From NCBI RefSeq assembly GCF_006345805.1, contig NC_043011.1, positions 13,156,464 to 13,220,463 of the forward strand: a stretch of DNA of 64,000 nucleotides, given 5' to 3'. Both the position numbers and the translations under genes were made by a program. This document shows positions 12,966 through 25,731 of this stretch, one piece after another; position 1 is the first letter of the stretch, and each line of letters opens with the position of its first letter. The DNA is from Octopus sinensis. Its lineage: Eukaryota. Under the pieces are notes generated by a model, which had not been told where the DNA came from, searched no databases, and saw only the letters and a program-made list of their open reading frames with translations.

Positions 12966-13924
12966 ATAAAGCTGAAATGCGAAAAAGTTGTTTGATTTCT
13001 TGGTTATTTATCTCTTTTGGGATGGGGTCAGATTGGCGCCAACATTTACACTGGGGGGTAAAATGGGGTGGGCAATGGTATGAGGAGGGTTGCAAGTCAC
13101 TCGGGGCTACCATTTGGTTGCCATGGCGAGGAATATGGGAAAAATTGAGTTTTATGGGATAGACAGGTTGCACTGTTTGAATAATGGTGGCTTTTCATGT
13201 TGCTGCAGGGGCTAGAGGAAGTTATTTTTAATTGTGGGTGTACAAATTTGGGGGATTTTGGAAAGGGGGGGCAGGTAAAGAAGAGGGCAATAAAAATAAC
13301 CAGGCAAAGAAGACGAACTTAAGAAGAAAGGGAAAAGGAAACAACACGCACAAAACAACACCACCACCACCAAAACCCGAGCAAAGCACGGGTCAAAATA
13401 GCTAGTCAGATATATATCCAAATTGAAAAGAAACTTTAAAACATTTCTTTGTAGATGTTGTGTTATCAAAACGTCTTTCTCCAGATACTTTCAACTGTAG
13501 GAAAAAATAAAATCTTTCATAAGCTGTTCTGTATTAACTGGAAGAAAATATTAGCTGTTATCCAGATTGGGACAATCAACTTGTCAACAAAGAACCAATA
13601 TTGTGGGAATGTTTAGAATAACTTTATGCATAACTTATTGTAACTTATAACAACAAGAACAACATTGCCACATCAGAATGAAAATGCCAAAATGTGTGTA
13701 GTATACATTCAAAACAACGATATAGGTTTCCGTTTTTACAATAGAAAACCTGCAGAGTTGGAAACCTTAAAGGGAATTCTGAAAATTTCAACTTGTATAG
13801 CTGTTGATCTTACATGCACACACACAGCCAATAAGGAAGCTTCTATGCAAGAGTAAGACCTGTTAGAAATAGCAGACAAATCTCTCTCAGACCATAATCT
13901 TTTATCTTTTACCTTTATTTTGTT

Positions 13925-14120
13925 TCAGTCATTAGACCATGGCCATGCTGGGGCACCACCTTGAAGAATTTCAATTGAATAAATCAACGTCAGTACTTAA
14001 TTTTTTTAAGCCTGGCACATATTCTATCAGTCACTTTTTGCTGAACCACTAAGTTATGGGAACATAAACAAACAAACAGTGGTGGGGGACAAACACACAT
14101 AAATATATACATATACCACT
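13925..14120 (-). mobile_element. SINE family A 3' fragment
   Basis: tttcagtcattagaccatggccatgctgg...agtacttaatt...ctgaaccactaagttatggg...aaacacac matches the family A tail. Confidence 0.6.
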
Positions 14121-14277
14121 CTGCTGGGTGGTTGGTGTTAGGAAGGGCATCCAGCTGTAAAAATCCGGCCAAAACAGTCACAGAAGTCTGGTGTAGGCTC
14201 CTGCCTGGACGGCTCCTTTCAAACCGTCCCACCCATGCCAGCATGGAAGACAGACGTTAAACAATGATGATGATGAT
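14120..14277 (+). mobile_element. SINE family B 3' fragment
   Basis: ttggtgttaggaagggcatccagctgtaaaaatcc...ccatgccagcatggaagacagacgttaaacaatgatgatgat. Confidence 0.8.
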
Positions 14278-14600
14278 ATCATCATCATCATCATCATTAT
14301 CATCATCATTATCATCATCATCGTTTAACGTCCGCTTTCCATGCTAGAATGGGTTGGACGGTTCAACTGGGGTCTGGGAAGCCCGAAGGCTGCACCAGGC
14401 CAGTCTGATCGGCAGTGTTTCTACAGCTGGATGCCCTTCCTAACAACAACCACTCCGTGAGTATAGTGGGTGCTTTTCATGTGCCACCGACACAGGTGCC
14501 AGACAAGGCTGGCGAACGGCCACACTCAGATGGTGTTTTTTATGTGCCACCGACACAGGTGCCAGACGAGGCTGGCGAACGGCCACGCTCGGATGGTGTT
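14278..14600 (-). mobile_element. SINE family B with two internal units, tail-to-tail with the previous copy
   Basis: (ATC)n then cgtttaacgtccgctttccatgc..., with two gtgccaccgacacaggtgccagac units. Confidence 0.85.
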
Positions 14601-14609
14601 ATATATATA

Positions 14610-14745
14610 TTATACAACAGGCTTTTTTTCAGTTTCCATCTACCAAATCCACTCACAAGGCTTTGGATGACTCAAGGCTATAGTAGAAGACACTTGCTCA
14701 AGGTCCAATTGGTTGCAAGGCAAGCTTGTTAACCACACAGCCATA
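14610..14745 (-). mobile_element. SINE family A head fragment
   Basis: caggcttttttcagtttccatctaccaaatccactcacaaggctttg...accacacagcc. Confidence 0.7.
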
Positions 14746-14914
14746 TTTCTTCAAAAATGAAACCCTATGATGAATGTCGAAAATGTACAACAGGGTATAC
14801 AGTCGATAAATGATGGGAGTTTTGTTGGAACGATTTGGCTATGACATCATGTTTCTGTCATAGCAACAAGATATGTTGAAAGTTTATAAGTAGGTGGTTA
14901 CTAATAGAGATACA

Positions 14915-15205
14915 TGTGCTGGTGCCACATAAAAAGCATCCAGTCCTCACTGTAAAGTGGTTGGCATTTGGAAGAACATCCAGTTGTAAATACGCAGCCA
15001 AAACTGACCTCACCTGTGCTGGTGCCATGTAAAGAGCACTCAGTCCATTCTGCAGGGTGGTCGATGTTAGGAAGGGCATCCAGCCATAAAAATCCATGCC
15101 AAAACAGACACAGAAGTCTGGTGCAGTTTTCTGCCAGGCCAGCTCCTGTCAAACTGTCCAACCCATACCAGCATGAAAAACGGGCATTAAACAATGATGA
15201 TGATG
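14915..15205 (+). mobile_element. SINE family B-related copy
   Basis: gtgctggtgccacataaaaagca...gttaggaagggcatccagcc...cccataccagcatgaaaaacgggcattaaacaatgatgatgat. Confidence 0.75.
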
Positions 15206-15437
15206 GTGGTGTTACATTAAAGAAATTTAACTGATAAGAAAGAACTGAACAAATATTATAATAAATTACAACAAATGTTGCAAAAATAATAAAGAAAAGG
15301 AAAATAAAGAAAACCAACATACTTCTTAGTTAACAGAAAAAATTAACCAAGTAAAATGATCAACTGAAAGAAATTAGTGTCACTAATGATAAAATGAATA
15401 ATTAAATGTATTTAAAAATTAAAAACAATTAGTTTAC

Positions 15438-18400
15438 CTTTTGTCTTGAAAATTCTTTCTCAAATATAAAACTTGTCTTGGGGATAAAAGGATTTTTCTT
15501 TTTCTCTTTAGTTCACTACAGTCAGATCTTCTCCTTGAGTTATTGCCATAGTCAAGAGGGAAAAGATAGGTGTTTTCTCTTCCTTTACATCCTTCGGGGT
15601 TGTTCTTGTCCACATCATAACCAGTTTCTGGTTTCAATTGATTCTCAGAAGTGTGGCTTTTTTTACCATTGTTTTGTTGACTTAGATTAGTATTGGAACA
15701 ACCATCTCCTAAATGTATTCTGTCCATCTGAGACGTCAAATGTTTCTCTTTTGCATTCTCTTTACGGATTACAGATTCGTTATTGACATGCCCACTAACA
15801 ATAAGTCTTTTCGACTTATTTGTACATTGGGGTCGATACTGAGCAGCTCCTTTTCCCTTTCCCTGATACATCATCTCTCTTTTATTTGTCTTTCGCATGT
15901 TTATATGTACTTAATTATATCTATGACTTCAGTACAAATCAAATTTGAATCTAATACTTATTTGTTGATGCTGTAACTGATAGGAAATCAGCTGAAAACA
16001 TGTTAAGGCTAACCTCGGGTCCGATTATTCTATATCTTCATTTAGCAGGAAGAGGGGTTTCTGAAGATGCACATTAATGATTGCAGTAATTGGAATTTTC
16101 ACAAAAAGCATCAGAGCTTTTGATATCTACTTGTTTCTTTCTCATCATCATCATCAGATTTCTTTTCATTTATGTTAATTTCCTACAAACTTTTAAGTTT
16201 GCTAACTGTATTATAAACACAATGAACTCCTTAGGCATGTCTCAAACTATTTTCCCATATCAAGAATCTCTTTGGGATGAAAATTACCATAAATCTTTCA
16301 TAAGCACCATTTGTTTTAAATTAGATTCAGTCAATTTTAAGATATTACCTTATTTTGGCTTACATCACTTTACATATTTGATTACATTGAACCTTATTAC
16401 AAGTAGAATTTAATAGTTTACCATTAAACTCTTCATGGATGTATTTCTCCTTTGAGAAATGACTCCATTACTTTCTGCTGTTTTTTATATGAAAAGTTTT
16501 TTTTTTTGTTGCTGTGTTTTTTTTAACTGATTTCTACTTCTCTTACTTTCCAGGTAACGTTATGTTTTGGTTAACATCTATAGTTAAAAACATTATTGAT
16601 GATATTTCGTTACTCTTTGATTCAGGGCTAAATGTTTTCATTTAAGGCACTAATCTTCTTGCTACACTACCAGGAAATAACAGCTGAATGAAATACTAAT
16701 TCATAACTCTTAATTATTTGTTTTGGTGGTTGGTTGTATAATATTTGGTTTTAGTTTGGACAGAATCAGAAAATTTTACTTTCCACTCTCCATTTAGAGT
16801 GTATAGCCTTTCTTAATGAGATGATTTTCATAGCTGACTTAATGATTTCTAAGCAATTAATTTTTCAATATTTTTCCACAAAATTACAATAAGAGATGAC
16901 ATGAGAGATTTGTCTTGAAATAGTAAATACTTTAGCAATTAATTTATGAGTTTCAAATGATTGATATACAATTAACATTCTTTCTGCTGAAATAGCATTT
17001 TCGAAAAGGGGGGATGGTGTTTTGTGAAAATTAAATAATGTTTAAAGGGAAAAAGTATTAAAACTTCACAACACATAAAAATATTCAAGTTTTCTTTCTT
17101 TTCAAGGATATTGAAAACCAAAATATATTAAAATATTTCATAATTACTTTTACACTCTGTACAGTAATAAATTAATAATGTTTATGCAGTAGGAACAACT
17201 TGGCTAAGTCAATCATTTGCATCTGGGTTGGTGCTATTTTCACAAGATAATTTCCATTTAGGCACATACATGTGCATATCCAATTGTATATAGGAATGTG
17301 TGAGAGAGGGAGAGAAAGAGCGATGTGTGATATATATATACACACTTACCAAAACAAAAATATATATACAAATGTTTGATGCATTTTAACAGATATTTTC
17401 CATCTAAATTTCAAACGTAATGTGGAATTTATATATGTTCAATCATTTCTTGAAATGTATGGTATATTGATTTCAGCCTTTAAATCCCAGAATTAAAATT
17501 GCTAATTGCAGCTGCAGAAAAACAACACCAATTAAATGTCAGTTAATATAGCAAATCAGTCATATTAGCAAAACCAGGAGGCTAAAATGCCTGCTACTGT
17601 TATAAACAAGCAAAATATTATTTTTCGCTTGTGATACCAACTACTGTGTAATTCTAGCAGTAACAAATGAAAATTCACAAACCTAGAATTTCATACAACT
17701 TCCTTATGCTTTTGCTTTTAATTTCCAATCTTGCTTTCAATTTTCTTTCACTTCTAATACGTCTGGTTTTCAAGCCGCTTAAGATGCTTGCCAATAAGCA
17801 TCGAAGCACAGGAGTTGTTCTAATTCTTTTATTTGAATCCAAAGTATTACCATGGTGATATGTTGCAATTTAATCCTCGTGTCAATTACGTGATGCCATC
17901 TTATCAAGAACAATAAAATGCCTCAAACATTATGCAGCTAGAAAATGTCCAACTCCACTTCAAACCTCATTGCACAGCAAATGAATAATGTGGACAATAT
18001 TACCATTACTGACAAAAAAAAAAAAAAAAAAAAAAAAAAGTTCCACTCCATCCAATAAAGTTGTTTTCTTCTATTTGTTGAACTTCCTATTGTTGTGTTG
18101 TTGCTGTTGGCACTGTTGTCACGAGTTTAATTGTCCTTGATAAAGATGTCAAAAGTAATTGCTTTCCTAACTTAATTTTTGCCATTTTTGTCAAATTTGT
18201 AATGTTTTTATTTTACAATTGTTTTAAGCTAATTTTTTTCCAGTCAACAAAGTTATCGTTCCAAAGTTGGTAAAGTAAGTGGAAGTCAAAAGTTGGGGTG
18301 TAGGAATAGGCATAATCAATAATTCTTCTTTTCTCCAAAGTGATCTCATGCCAAGCATTCCTCTTCAGATTCAAACAACCAATTCCTCACTACGAAACAA

Positions 18401-18480
18401 GTTAATCCTACAGCAGGATACTGCTCTCATATCTCAAACACTGTTACTGTTATACACAAAAAACATTTTCCACCACTTCC
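15438..18480 (-). pseudogene. Decayed protein-coding relic of unknown identity (possibly a transposon accessory gene)
   Basis: 154-aa open frame 15434-15898 ending at a donor-like AAAAG|gtaaac; upstream frames are interrupted by stops and frameshifts (EININEKKSDDDDE; VVRNWLFESEEEC). Confidence 0.35.
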
Positions 18481-18485
18481 ATTAA

Positions 18486-18706
18486 CCTTTTTGTTACCAT
18501 ATTTCTGTTGAGATGCTCTGTGTTTCTTCCATTTACTTTAAATATAACAAAGAATTTAGTAAAATAACTTAGTTATCATTCAGCTAGTGTTAGGAACATA
18601 AATTGTGACTAAAGGTTTGGTGGAAGATTTTAATTCAAAACATATGAAAACAAGACATTTGTACTCAGAGCCAGAGGCGGTTTCAGCCGGGTCAGTAACG
18701 AAAGGG
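18486..18706. mobile_element. piggyBac-type MITE, family 1 (TTAA TSD)
   Basis: ttaa|cctttttgttac ... gtaacgaaaggg|ttaa; copy at 29881-30100. Confidence 0.9.
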
Positions 18707-19020
18707 TTAAAGCCATCCAACTGATTGACAAGGACTCAACAACCCAGAAAGCTAACTCCAACAACCTTTAACCCATGTTCTATTTTTTCTACGATGGCCT
18801 ATCTATATATCACTACCCTATCATTCCCCCAGCTACTGCTCTAACTATTATGCCCAATCATTCTCAAATCTCTAGATCAACCTCTCTCTCTAATCCTGTT
18901 GTTCCAACATCAGACTCCCTAACACTTTATAAAAACAAAAATAAAAATGAACATTATTGAAAGATAATGAATAGAGTTAAAGTGAGTCCAGCAATAGTCT
19001 GCATTGGCTTCAACCAACTT

Positions 19021-19710
19021 AAAATAATAATAATAATGAAATTATTGTATACAGTGCTCAGGTGCACCACAACTTGTCAAAAAGTGCGTATAAAGTATAT
19101 GCAGTAATGTACAAATGTCTGGAAAGTGAACAGTGTATGAGTCAGATACATGCTTGTGTGTGTATGGAGGGGAGAAAATCAGGTGTAGTGTTGGAAAATC
19201 TCAGGAAGCATGGAAGTTTCGAAGGATGCAGTGCTCCGACAACTAACAACTGATGCTGGCAGTCCGTCCATGCTTCAGCAACTCTTAGTGTGAAAAAATG
19301 TTTCTGAAAGTCATGGGAGCTGTGCTGTTTTCTGACTTTGTAAACATGTCAACGGGTGTTAGACAGGTGGAGTTTGAAAAGGTGCTCAGAGTTATTGTTT
19401 GTAAGATGGTTAATAATTTTATGGGTGTCTGCCAAGTCAGCTGCCAGACGTCAGAGTTTCAATGTGTCCATACCCAGGGAAGTAAGGCGTTCAGAATATG
19501 GCAAATGCCTGATGGAGGATATTCTCTTGGTTGCACATCGCTGAACGGCTTCCAGACAATTAATATCCTGGGCAAGATAGAGGTTCCAGACCAGTGATGC
19601 AAATTCCAGGTGAGGTTGTACCATAGCTATATAAAGCCACAGATAGATAGCTGGAGAGCGGCTCACAAAGGACTTGGTGAGTGATGCCAAGACACCCTCA
19701 GCCTTCTTGG
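19021..19710 (-). mobile_element. CR1-like LINE 3' fragment with (TTA)n tail
   Basis: VQPHLEFASLVWNLY...LEAVQRCATKRI...YSERLTSLGMDTL; same 3' UTR as 490-1243. Confidence 0.88.
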
Positions 19711-20173
19711 CAATTTTAGCGATGTGTTTTAGTCAAAATAGACCTAGATTATACTTTCATAGGCATAATTTCACAGTAAGAATAGGATGCTGCAAATATA
19801 TTTAAGCAGTAAGAGGCAAATATTTGATTGAGCAGTAACACCTTTTGAAAGCAAATATTTCTCTGATAATATGCATAACTTCCAATATCACGTTTTCCTT
19901 CTCCTTACTGTAATATGATAGTTACATTTAAATACCCACTATATCTTACCTTTTTCATCTTCAACAAGTTCCTCACCCCACCCCACTTGATAAAAATATT
20001 GATACCAACATTATCAACCATATCTACAAAGTATTCTTTCTTTACATAAGAAAAATATGCAATGGAAAAATTTGTTATAGATATCTTCAAACACTGCTTT
20101 TGTAAACTAATGTCAACTGACTCTTTGCTGGTAGAATGAAGGTACTGAGTTACTTGGACTTGAATTAGGTTAA

Positions 20174-20393
20174 CCTTTTAGTGTTTAGACCGGCTATATC
20201 CGGCCCATATATTCTACTCATTTTATGCTCAAACTGGCCAGAACCAGTATCTCACACCTACCCTGCAATGTCATTCTAAAAATAAACAATTACATCTTTC
20301 GAATCTTGAAGCTACAAGATAATACCAAGTTAATTTTTTTAAATGTAAATAAATAAGGATTACTTCTGACATATTAGTTTGAACACTAAAGGG
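20174..20393. mobile_element. piggyBac-type MITE, family 2 (TTAA TSD)
   Basis: ttaa|ccttttagtgttt ... gaacactaaaggg|ttaa; homologous to 30902-31122 and 37935-38154 in the opposite orientation. Confidence 0.85.
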
Positions 20394-20483
20394 TTAAACT
20401 CCTAACAAAACTAAAAAATAGATAAGAGTTATTAGCTGAATAATCAATCTATATTGTCAGCTGTGTATCATCAAGTCATACTA

Positions 20484-21775
20484 CAAGGGGCGTTCAATAA
20501 GTAATGCCCCTGACCCACTTCCCATAGCAGTAGAGCAACAAAACTTGGCATGGTTATTAGTCCTTTTCTACATAGGAACCACTCAGAGTTACACATTTCT
20601 CCCATCATTTGATGCAACTCTGGAGACCATTTTTGTAGAAGACCTCAGCTTGGTCCTCCAACCACGAAGTGACTTCAGAAATCAAGGCTGCATCATCTGG
20701 GAAATGCTTTCCTTTCAAAAACAACTTCATGGCTGGGAAGAGGTGAAAATCAGAGGGTGCAAGGTCAGGAGAGTAGGGGGATGGGGGAGGAGTTCATAGC
20801 CGCACGCCTGTGCTTCTGATCTGGTGACACGCGAGTTGTAGAACGGAGCGTTGTCCTGCAGGAGGAGGATGCCTTTGCTGATCTTGCCCTGCCTCTTGAT
20901 TTTGATAGCTTCTCTTAATTTCCTCAAAAGTGAAGCATAATAGGCTCCTGTAATTGTGGTACCCTTTGCCAGGAAATCTGTCATCACTACTCCATCCTGG
21001 TCCCAGAAGACTGTGAGCATGTCCTTGCCAGCGGAGGGCTGCACCCTTGCCTTCTTTGCAGGAGGTGAGTCACGGTGCTTCCACTGCATTGACTGGGCTT
21101 TGGTCTCTGGATCATAGTGATGGACCCAGGTTTCATCCTGTGTAATCAGTCTTTTGAAAAATTTTGACTCATCTTCCTGGCACATCTCCAAATTCATCCT
21201 CGAGCACTCGACGCATTCTTGCTTCTGGAAAGGTGTGAGCAACCTGGGAATCCATCTGGCAGACACCTTTTGCATATGCAAATGGTCATGAATGATAGTT
21301 TCCTCAGACCCGGTACTAATCTTGACCTTATGGGCTATTTGGCGAATAGTTATGCGTCGATCTTCCAAAATGGCAGCCTCAACTTGACGGACAGATGCCT
21401 CATCAATGGCAGAAAGGGGGCGACCAGATCTGGGAGCTGTTTCCACAGAGTTCCGACCATGTTTGAATTCACGATGCTAGCGTTTTACAAGGTCATATGA
21501 TGGGGCATCATCACCATAAGTTACTTTCATTTCATCAAAAGTCTCCCGTGGTGTGCGTCCTTTCAAATACAAAAACCGGATCATTGCTCGACACTCAACA
21601 GGCTCCATTTCACACTTGACTCAGTTCAAACACCTGTATATCAGAAACCACAATTAGTTCAGAGCTGTAATTTGCCACTTAATCTATAGAGATATAAATA
21701 ATTGCACATGTAAATTTTCAGCTTGATCAAACAACTGCAAGTGGGTCAGAGGCATTACTTATTGAACGCCCCTTG
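20484..21775 (-). mobile_element. Full-length mariner transposon (1292 bp), 37-bp TIRs, TA TSD
   Basis: ta|caaggggcgttcaataagtaatgcccctgacccactt ... aagtgggtcagaggcattacttattgaacgccccttg|ta (one mismatch between TIRs). Confidence 0.97.
20557..21608 (-). pseudogene. Mariner DD34D transposase pseudogene (two nonsense changes, one frameshift)
   Basis: MEPVECRAMIRFLYLKG...WIPRLL...TQDETWVH...LQDNAP...[fs]YSPDLAPSDF...YVEKD*. TAG at 21477-21479, TGA at 20605-20607, and a 1-bp deletion near 20785. Confidence 0.93.
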
Positions 21776-22942
21776 TAAGTTGTCTCTAGTCAAATTATTA
21801 TTCGATTTCCCTTCATAAAACACTGCTCAGAAGATTCCACACAACTGCTCCTTGACTATCTAAATTTTACTTGTATATAGATTCATTAATAATAATGCTA
21901 AGACAATTCTTCCAGTTAAAGAATTGTGGTCTTCATGAGAAACATGCCACACTGTATGTAGCTGGTCAATAAAACAGTGAAATACAGTGACACCCTCACC
22001 TGATGGCTTTACACCAAATTGAAAATAGTTGCTATTCATTCTTATACAAAGTTCCTCATATCCTACAACAATCCATGGATGTATATGAATTCTACAAAAA
22101 CTAATAGAGGGTTCCAAAGCCTAAAATTTCAACACAAATGTAAGGAATGTGAAGTTGCTTGTAACAGACCTGTTACTTATAACATTAGGCAGATGTTATT
22201 TAAGTCAGATCTGATTTGCCTAATAGACAGCCTAACTACAAATTACTCATAATGGTTGCATGTCATTATCAAAATCAGTTTAACTCCTTCACAACTATAT
22301 TTCTAATGAACATCCAATTAATTTGCAGAATAATCAAGAATGAAAGATTAAGTAGAATACAGTAATCCCGGTTTATTATTTAAGCTTACGTCGATTCCTT
22401 TGTGGTGTTGTTTTGCATTTATAATAAAATAAATATATGCAAATTATAAAAATAATTTTAAAAAATATACAGTGCAGTAGTTTCTACCTTGCGGATCTTC
22501 ACCTATCAAGGGGGGAGATGTAACATCTGCAATAGTATCTCACTTTGCAATTAATCAATATATTATGCTAGCGTTTGGTGACAATTTTATTTAAGAACCT
22601 TGATGTTATGAAAATTCTAATGTAAAAACAATAAAACAGACATTTGGTACCAAGGATCTAAAAGTCTCTCAGGCAGGTTGATATTAAAAGAGCAAACACA
22701 GGTGTTCATACTTACCTGATGGTTATAAAATGTCTTTTATTTTAAATCATTCCATACCCAAGTTCTAACATTTACTTCCCACTAAACTCTTCTTCACCTA
22801 AGCCATCCTTACATTGCTTAAATAGTTTGACAATAAATTCATTTCTTACCAGCAACTGAAAGACTTGTCTTAAATTTTTACTAAACGAAATGTCACACTT
22901 CACAAACAGAAGGAGACAGGGACAGGACTAGCTCAATTTGTC

Positions 22943-23320
22943 ATCATCATCATCGTTTAACGTCCGCTTTCCATGCTAGCATGGGTTGGACGAATGACAG
23001 AGCTGGCGAACCAGATGGCTGCACCAGGCTTCAATCTTGATCCGGCAGAGTTTCTACAGCTGTATGCCCTTCCTAACGCCAACCACTCCGAGAGTGTAGT
23101 GGGTGCTTTTACGTGTCACCGGCACAGGGCCAGTCAGGCAGTACTTGGCAACGACCTCACTCGAATCTTTTACACAAGGCGATGCTGGTAACGATCACGC
23201 TCGGATGGTGCCTTTTAAGTGCCACTGGCATGGAAGCCGGTTAGCCGCTCTGTCAATGGTCACACTCGTATGGTGCTCTTTGCAACCCGCTAGCACAGAC
23301 GCCAGTCATCAAATTTGATT
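22943..23320 (-). mobile_element. SINE family B
   Basis: catcatcatcatcgtttaacgtccgctttccatgctagcatggg..., with divergent internal units. Confidence 0.85.
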
Positions 23321-24959
23321 TTGATTTGATTAGCAGAGCTAATTACATAAGTAACAGTAACTAGATAGCATACTGATTTCATAGTGTCCATTTGTCTTGT
23401 GTTGTTAGCTAAAGCAGCATACATGATGATGAATCAACAACCTTACAATTTTTGAGTGTCCAGTGGCTGAGCAGGTCAACATTTTCTGTATCTACAAACT
23501 TTTCCATTGTTACCATGAGCTTTCACATTAAGCCCAACTGTCAGTCTTGGTTATATCTAAATCAGCTGATTCGGAAATGAACAGTAGAAGTGATTTTACA
23601 AAACCATTACAGTTATTGATACCACAAAAAAACTGTTCTGAAAACTTTGGAAAATTCTGATGCAAAGTGGATTAAAACTGCAATGATTAAAGTTAAAAAT
23701 TTGTTGACAAGACGTACTAAATTTAAAGGGAGACTCAAATATTTCTAGCATAAACAAAACTCAGTACTGAAAAGGTTAAATAGTCTAAATCAGTATAAAA
23801 TAGATACATAGAAAAACAAAAAATTAACATCAATCTGGCCGAAAGATCAATGATTTGTAACATGTTGCAAGTGGTTAAGCAAGCAGTGAATATTGTATTT
23901 GCATAATTTACTGACTTCAAATCCTCTTATGTTCAAAAATCAAACTTCATAAATACTTTCGGAAGGTGTCTCATCATTAGCCTTACATACAGTTTGGAAC
24001 TGGATATCTTTATTAAAATAAACTTATACCTTTGCTTGAAGACAATTTGCTTTAATATCAAATTAAGCACGAAACATTTAAATTGACATTGTTTCAAATA
24101 AAAGTTACTAACCGGCTAAAGCGTAAGTTTAGCTAATAACTCGCCTAATTTTAAAACTATGGGGGAGGGGGGAATCGATATTTCATACTCTTTAATCGGC
24201 AACAAACTTGCATTTTTCTTTGCATTTTTCTCACAAACAACCAAATATTAACTAGTTTTTTTAATGATTACATTTGTTTCCTCTCATCCAAACTCAAGTT
24301 GACAAATTTAAGAATGCCAGCAGGACTGAACTATATAAAATGCCAATGACCCTGTTTGTTGAACAATTGATCATATTTGATCTGAGCAATCAACCACATT
24401 GGAAAGAAATTAAAAATATTTAAAATTCTATATTGTTTAATTAAAAAAACGAATCATGTTTAGAAATGTACATTTAATAATTTCTCAACTTTTATACAAT
24501 AAGAGCATTTAAACCCACAGTAATTCTCATTTTTCCACTTTATCAAAAATAACTTCATCTCAATCCTATACAACTGATGGTAAATGTTGACCAAATTAGG
24601 TTGGCAAATAAAAACAGCCTTTTTTTATTATTATTTCTTTTTTTTTTATTCAAGTACTAAAAGTTCAAAATGTCTCTTCAGTACATACTAAATAGTCCCT
24701 GAAAACCAAAATAAGCTAATTAACTGTTAGTATGACAATGATTAAAAAGAAATAATTTTAGTAAGAGAGAAGCTTAACTAAAATTAAGTACTTAGTTCAA
24801 AACTCACTGAAAAATTACAATGAATCTGTTGAAAAGATAAATTTTACAATGAAAACAAATTTATGAAACAGTGAGACAAAGATTTTACACTTCCATATCA
24901 AAAGCTTAACAGACTGCTAAATGGGGGGAAAAAAAGATTTTCTTATTTCTAAAATTACA

Positions 24960-25168
24960 TATACATACATAAACACACACATGTTTATATACACATAAAC
25001 ATATGTATATATATATATATATATATAAACATGTATATATATATATATATATAAACATGTATATATATATAAACATGTATATATATAAACATATATATAT
25101 ATATAACATATATATATATATATATATATATAAACATATATATATATATAAACATATATATATATATA

Positions 25169-25213
<45 letters not shown>

Positions 25214-25438
25214 AACATATGTACACATATATATATATAAACATATGTACACATATATATAAACATATGTACACACATATATATAAACATATGTACACAC
25301 ATATATATAAACATATGTACACACATATATATAAACATATGTACACACATATATATAAACATATGTACACACATATATATAAACATATGTACACACATAT
25401 ATATAAACATATGTACACACATATATATAAACATATGT

Positions 25439-25469
<31 letters not shown>

Positions 25470-25495
25470 AACATATGTATATATATATATATATG
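24960..25495. repeat. (TA)n-rich tract containing a ~24-bp minisatellite (aaacatatgtacacacatatatat, ~10 copies, 25210-25445)
   Basis: Directly visible tandem units. Confidence 0.95.
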
Positions 25496-25683
25496 GTTAG
25501 ATTATAAAACTTTTTTAAAACATTACCGTACTTATGAAACAAAATAAATTTAATATATGATCACTATGAAGGAAGAAATCTTAAAATGTCTCAAACAAAA
25601 TTATAATTGGGAACATTATGTTGAATGTTGAGAAACTGTTGAAGAATATCAGTTGTGTTAATAATGTATAAAGGAAACTATTA

Positions 25684-25685
25684 CA

Positions 25686-25725
<40 letters not shown>
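25684..25725. repeat. (AAT)n microsatellite
   Basis: aataataataataat... Confidence 0.95.

Positions 25726-25731
<6 letters not shown>

Noticed and set aside
12964-13470. GC-richer segment with short ORFs, and similar unclassified coding-like relics at 37330-37900, 38160-38760 and 40200-40900
   Set aside because: Probably old TE debris, but no motif could be recognised by eye, so no call is made.
24906-25542. 155-185-aa ORFs rich in Y/I/C/V/H
   Set aside because: Translation of the TA-rich micro/minisatellite.
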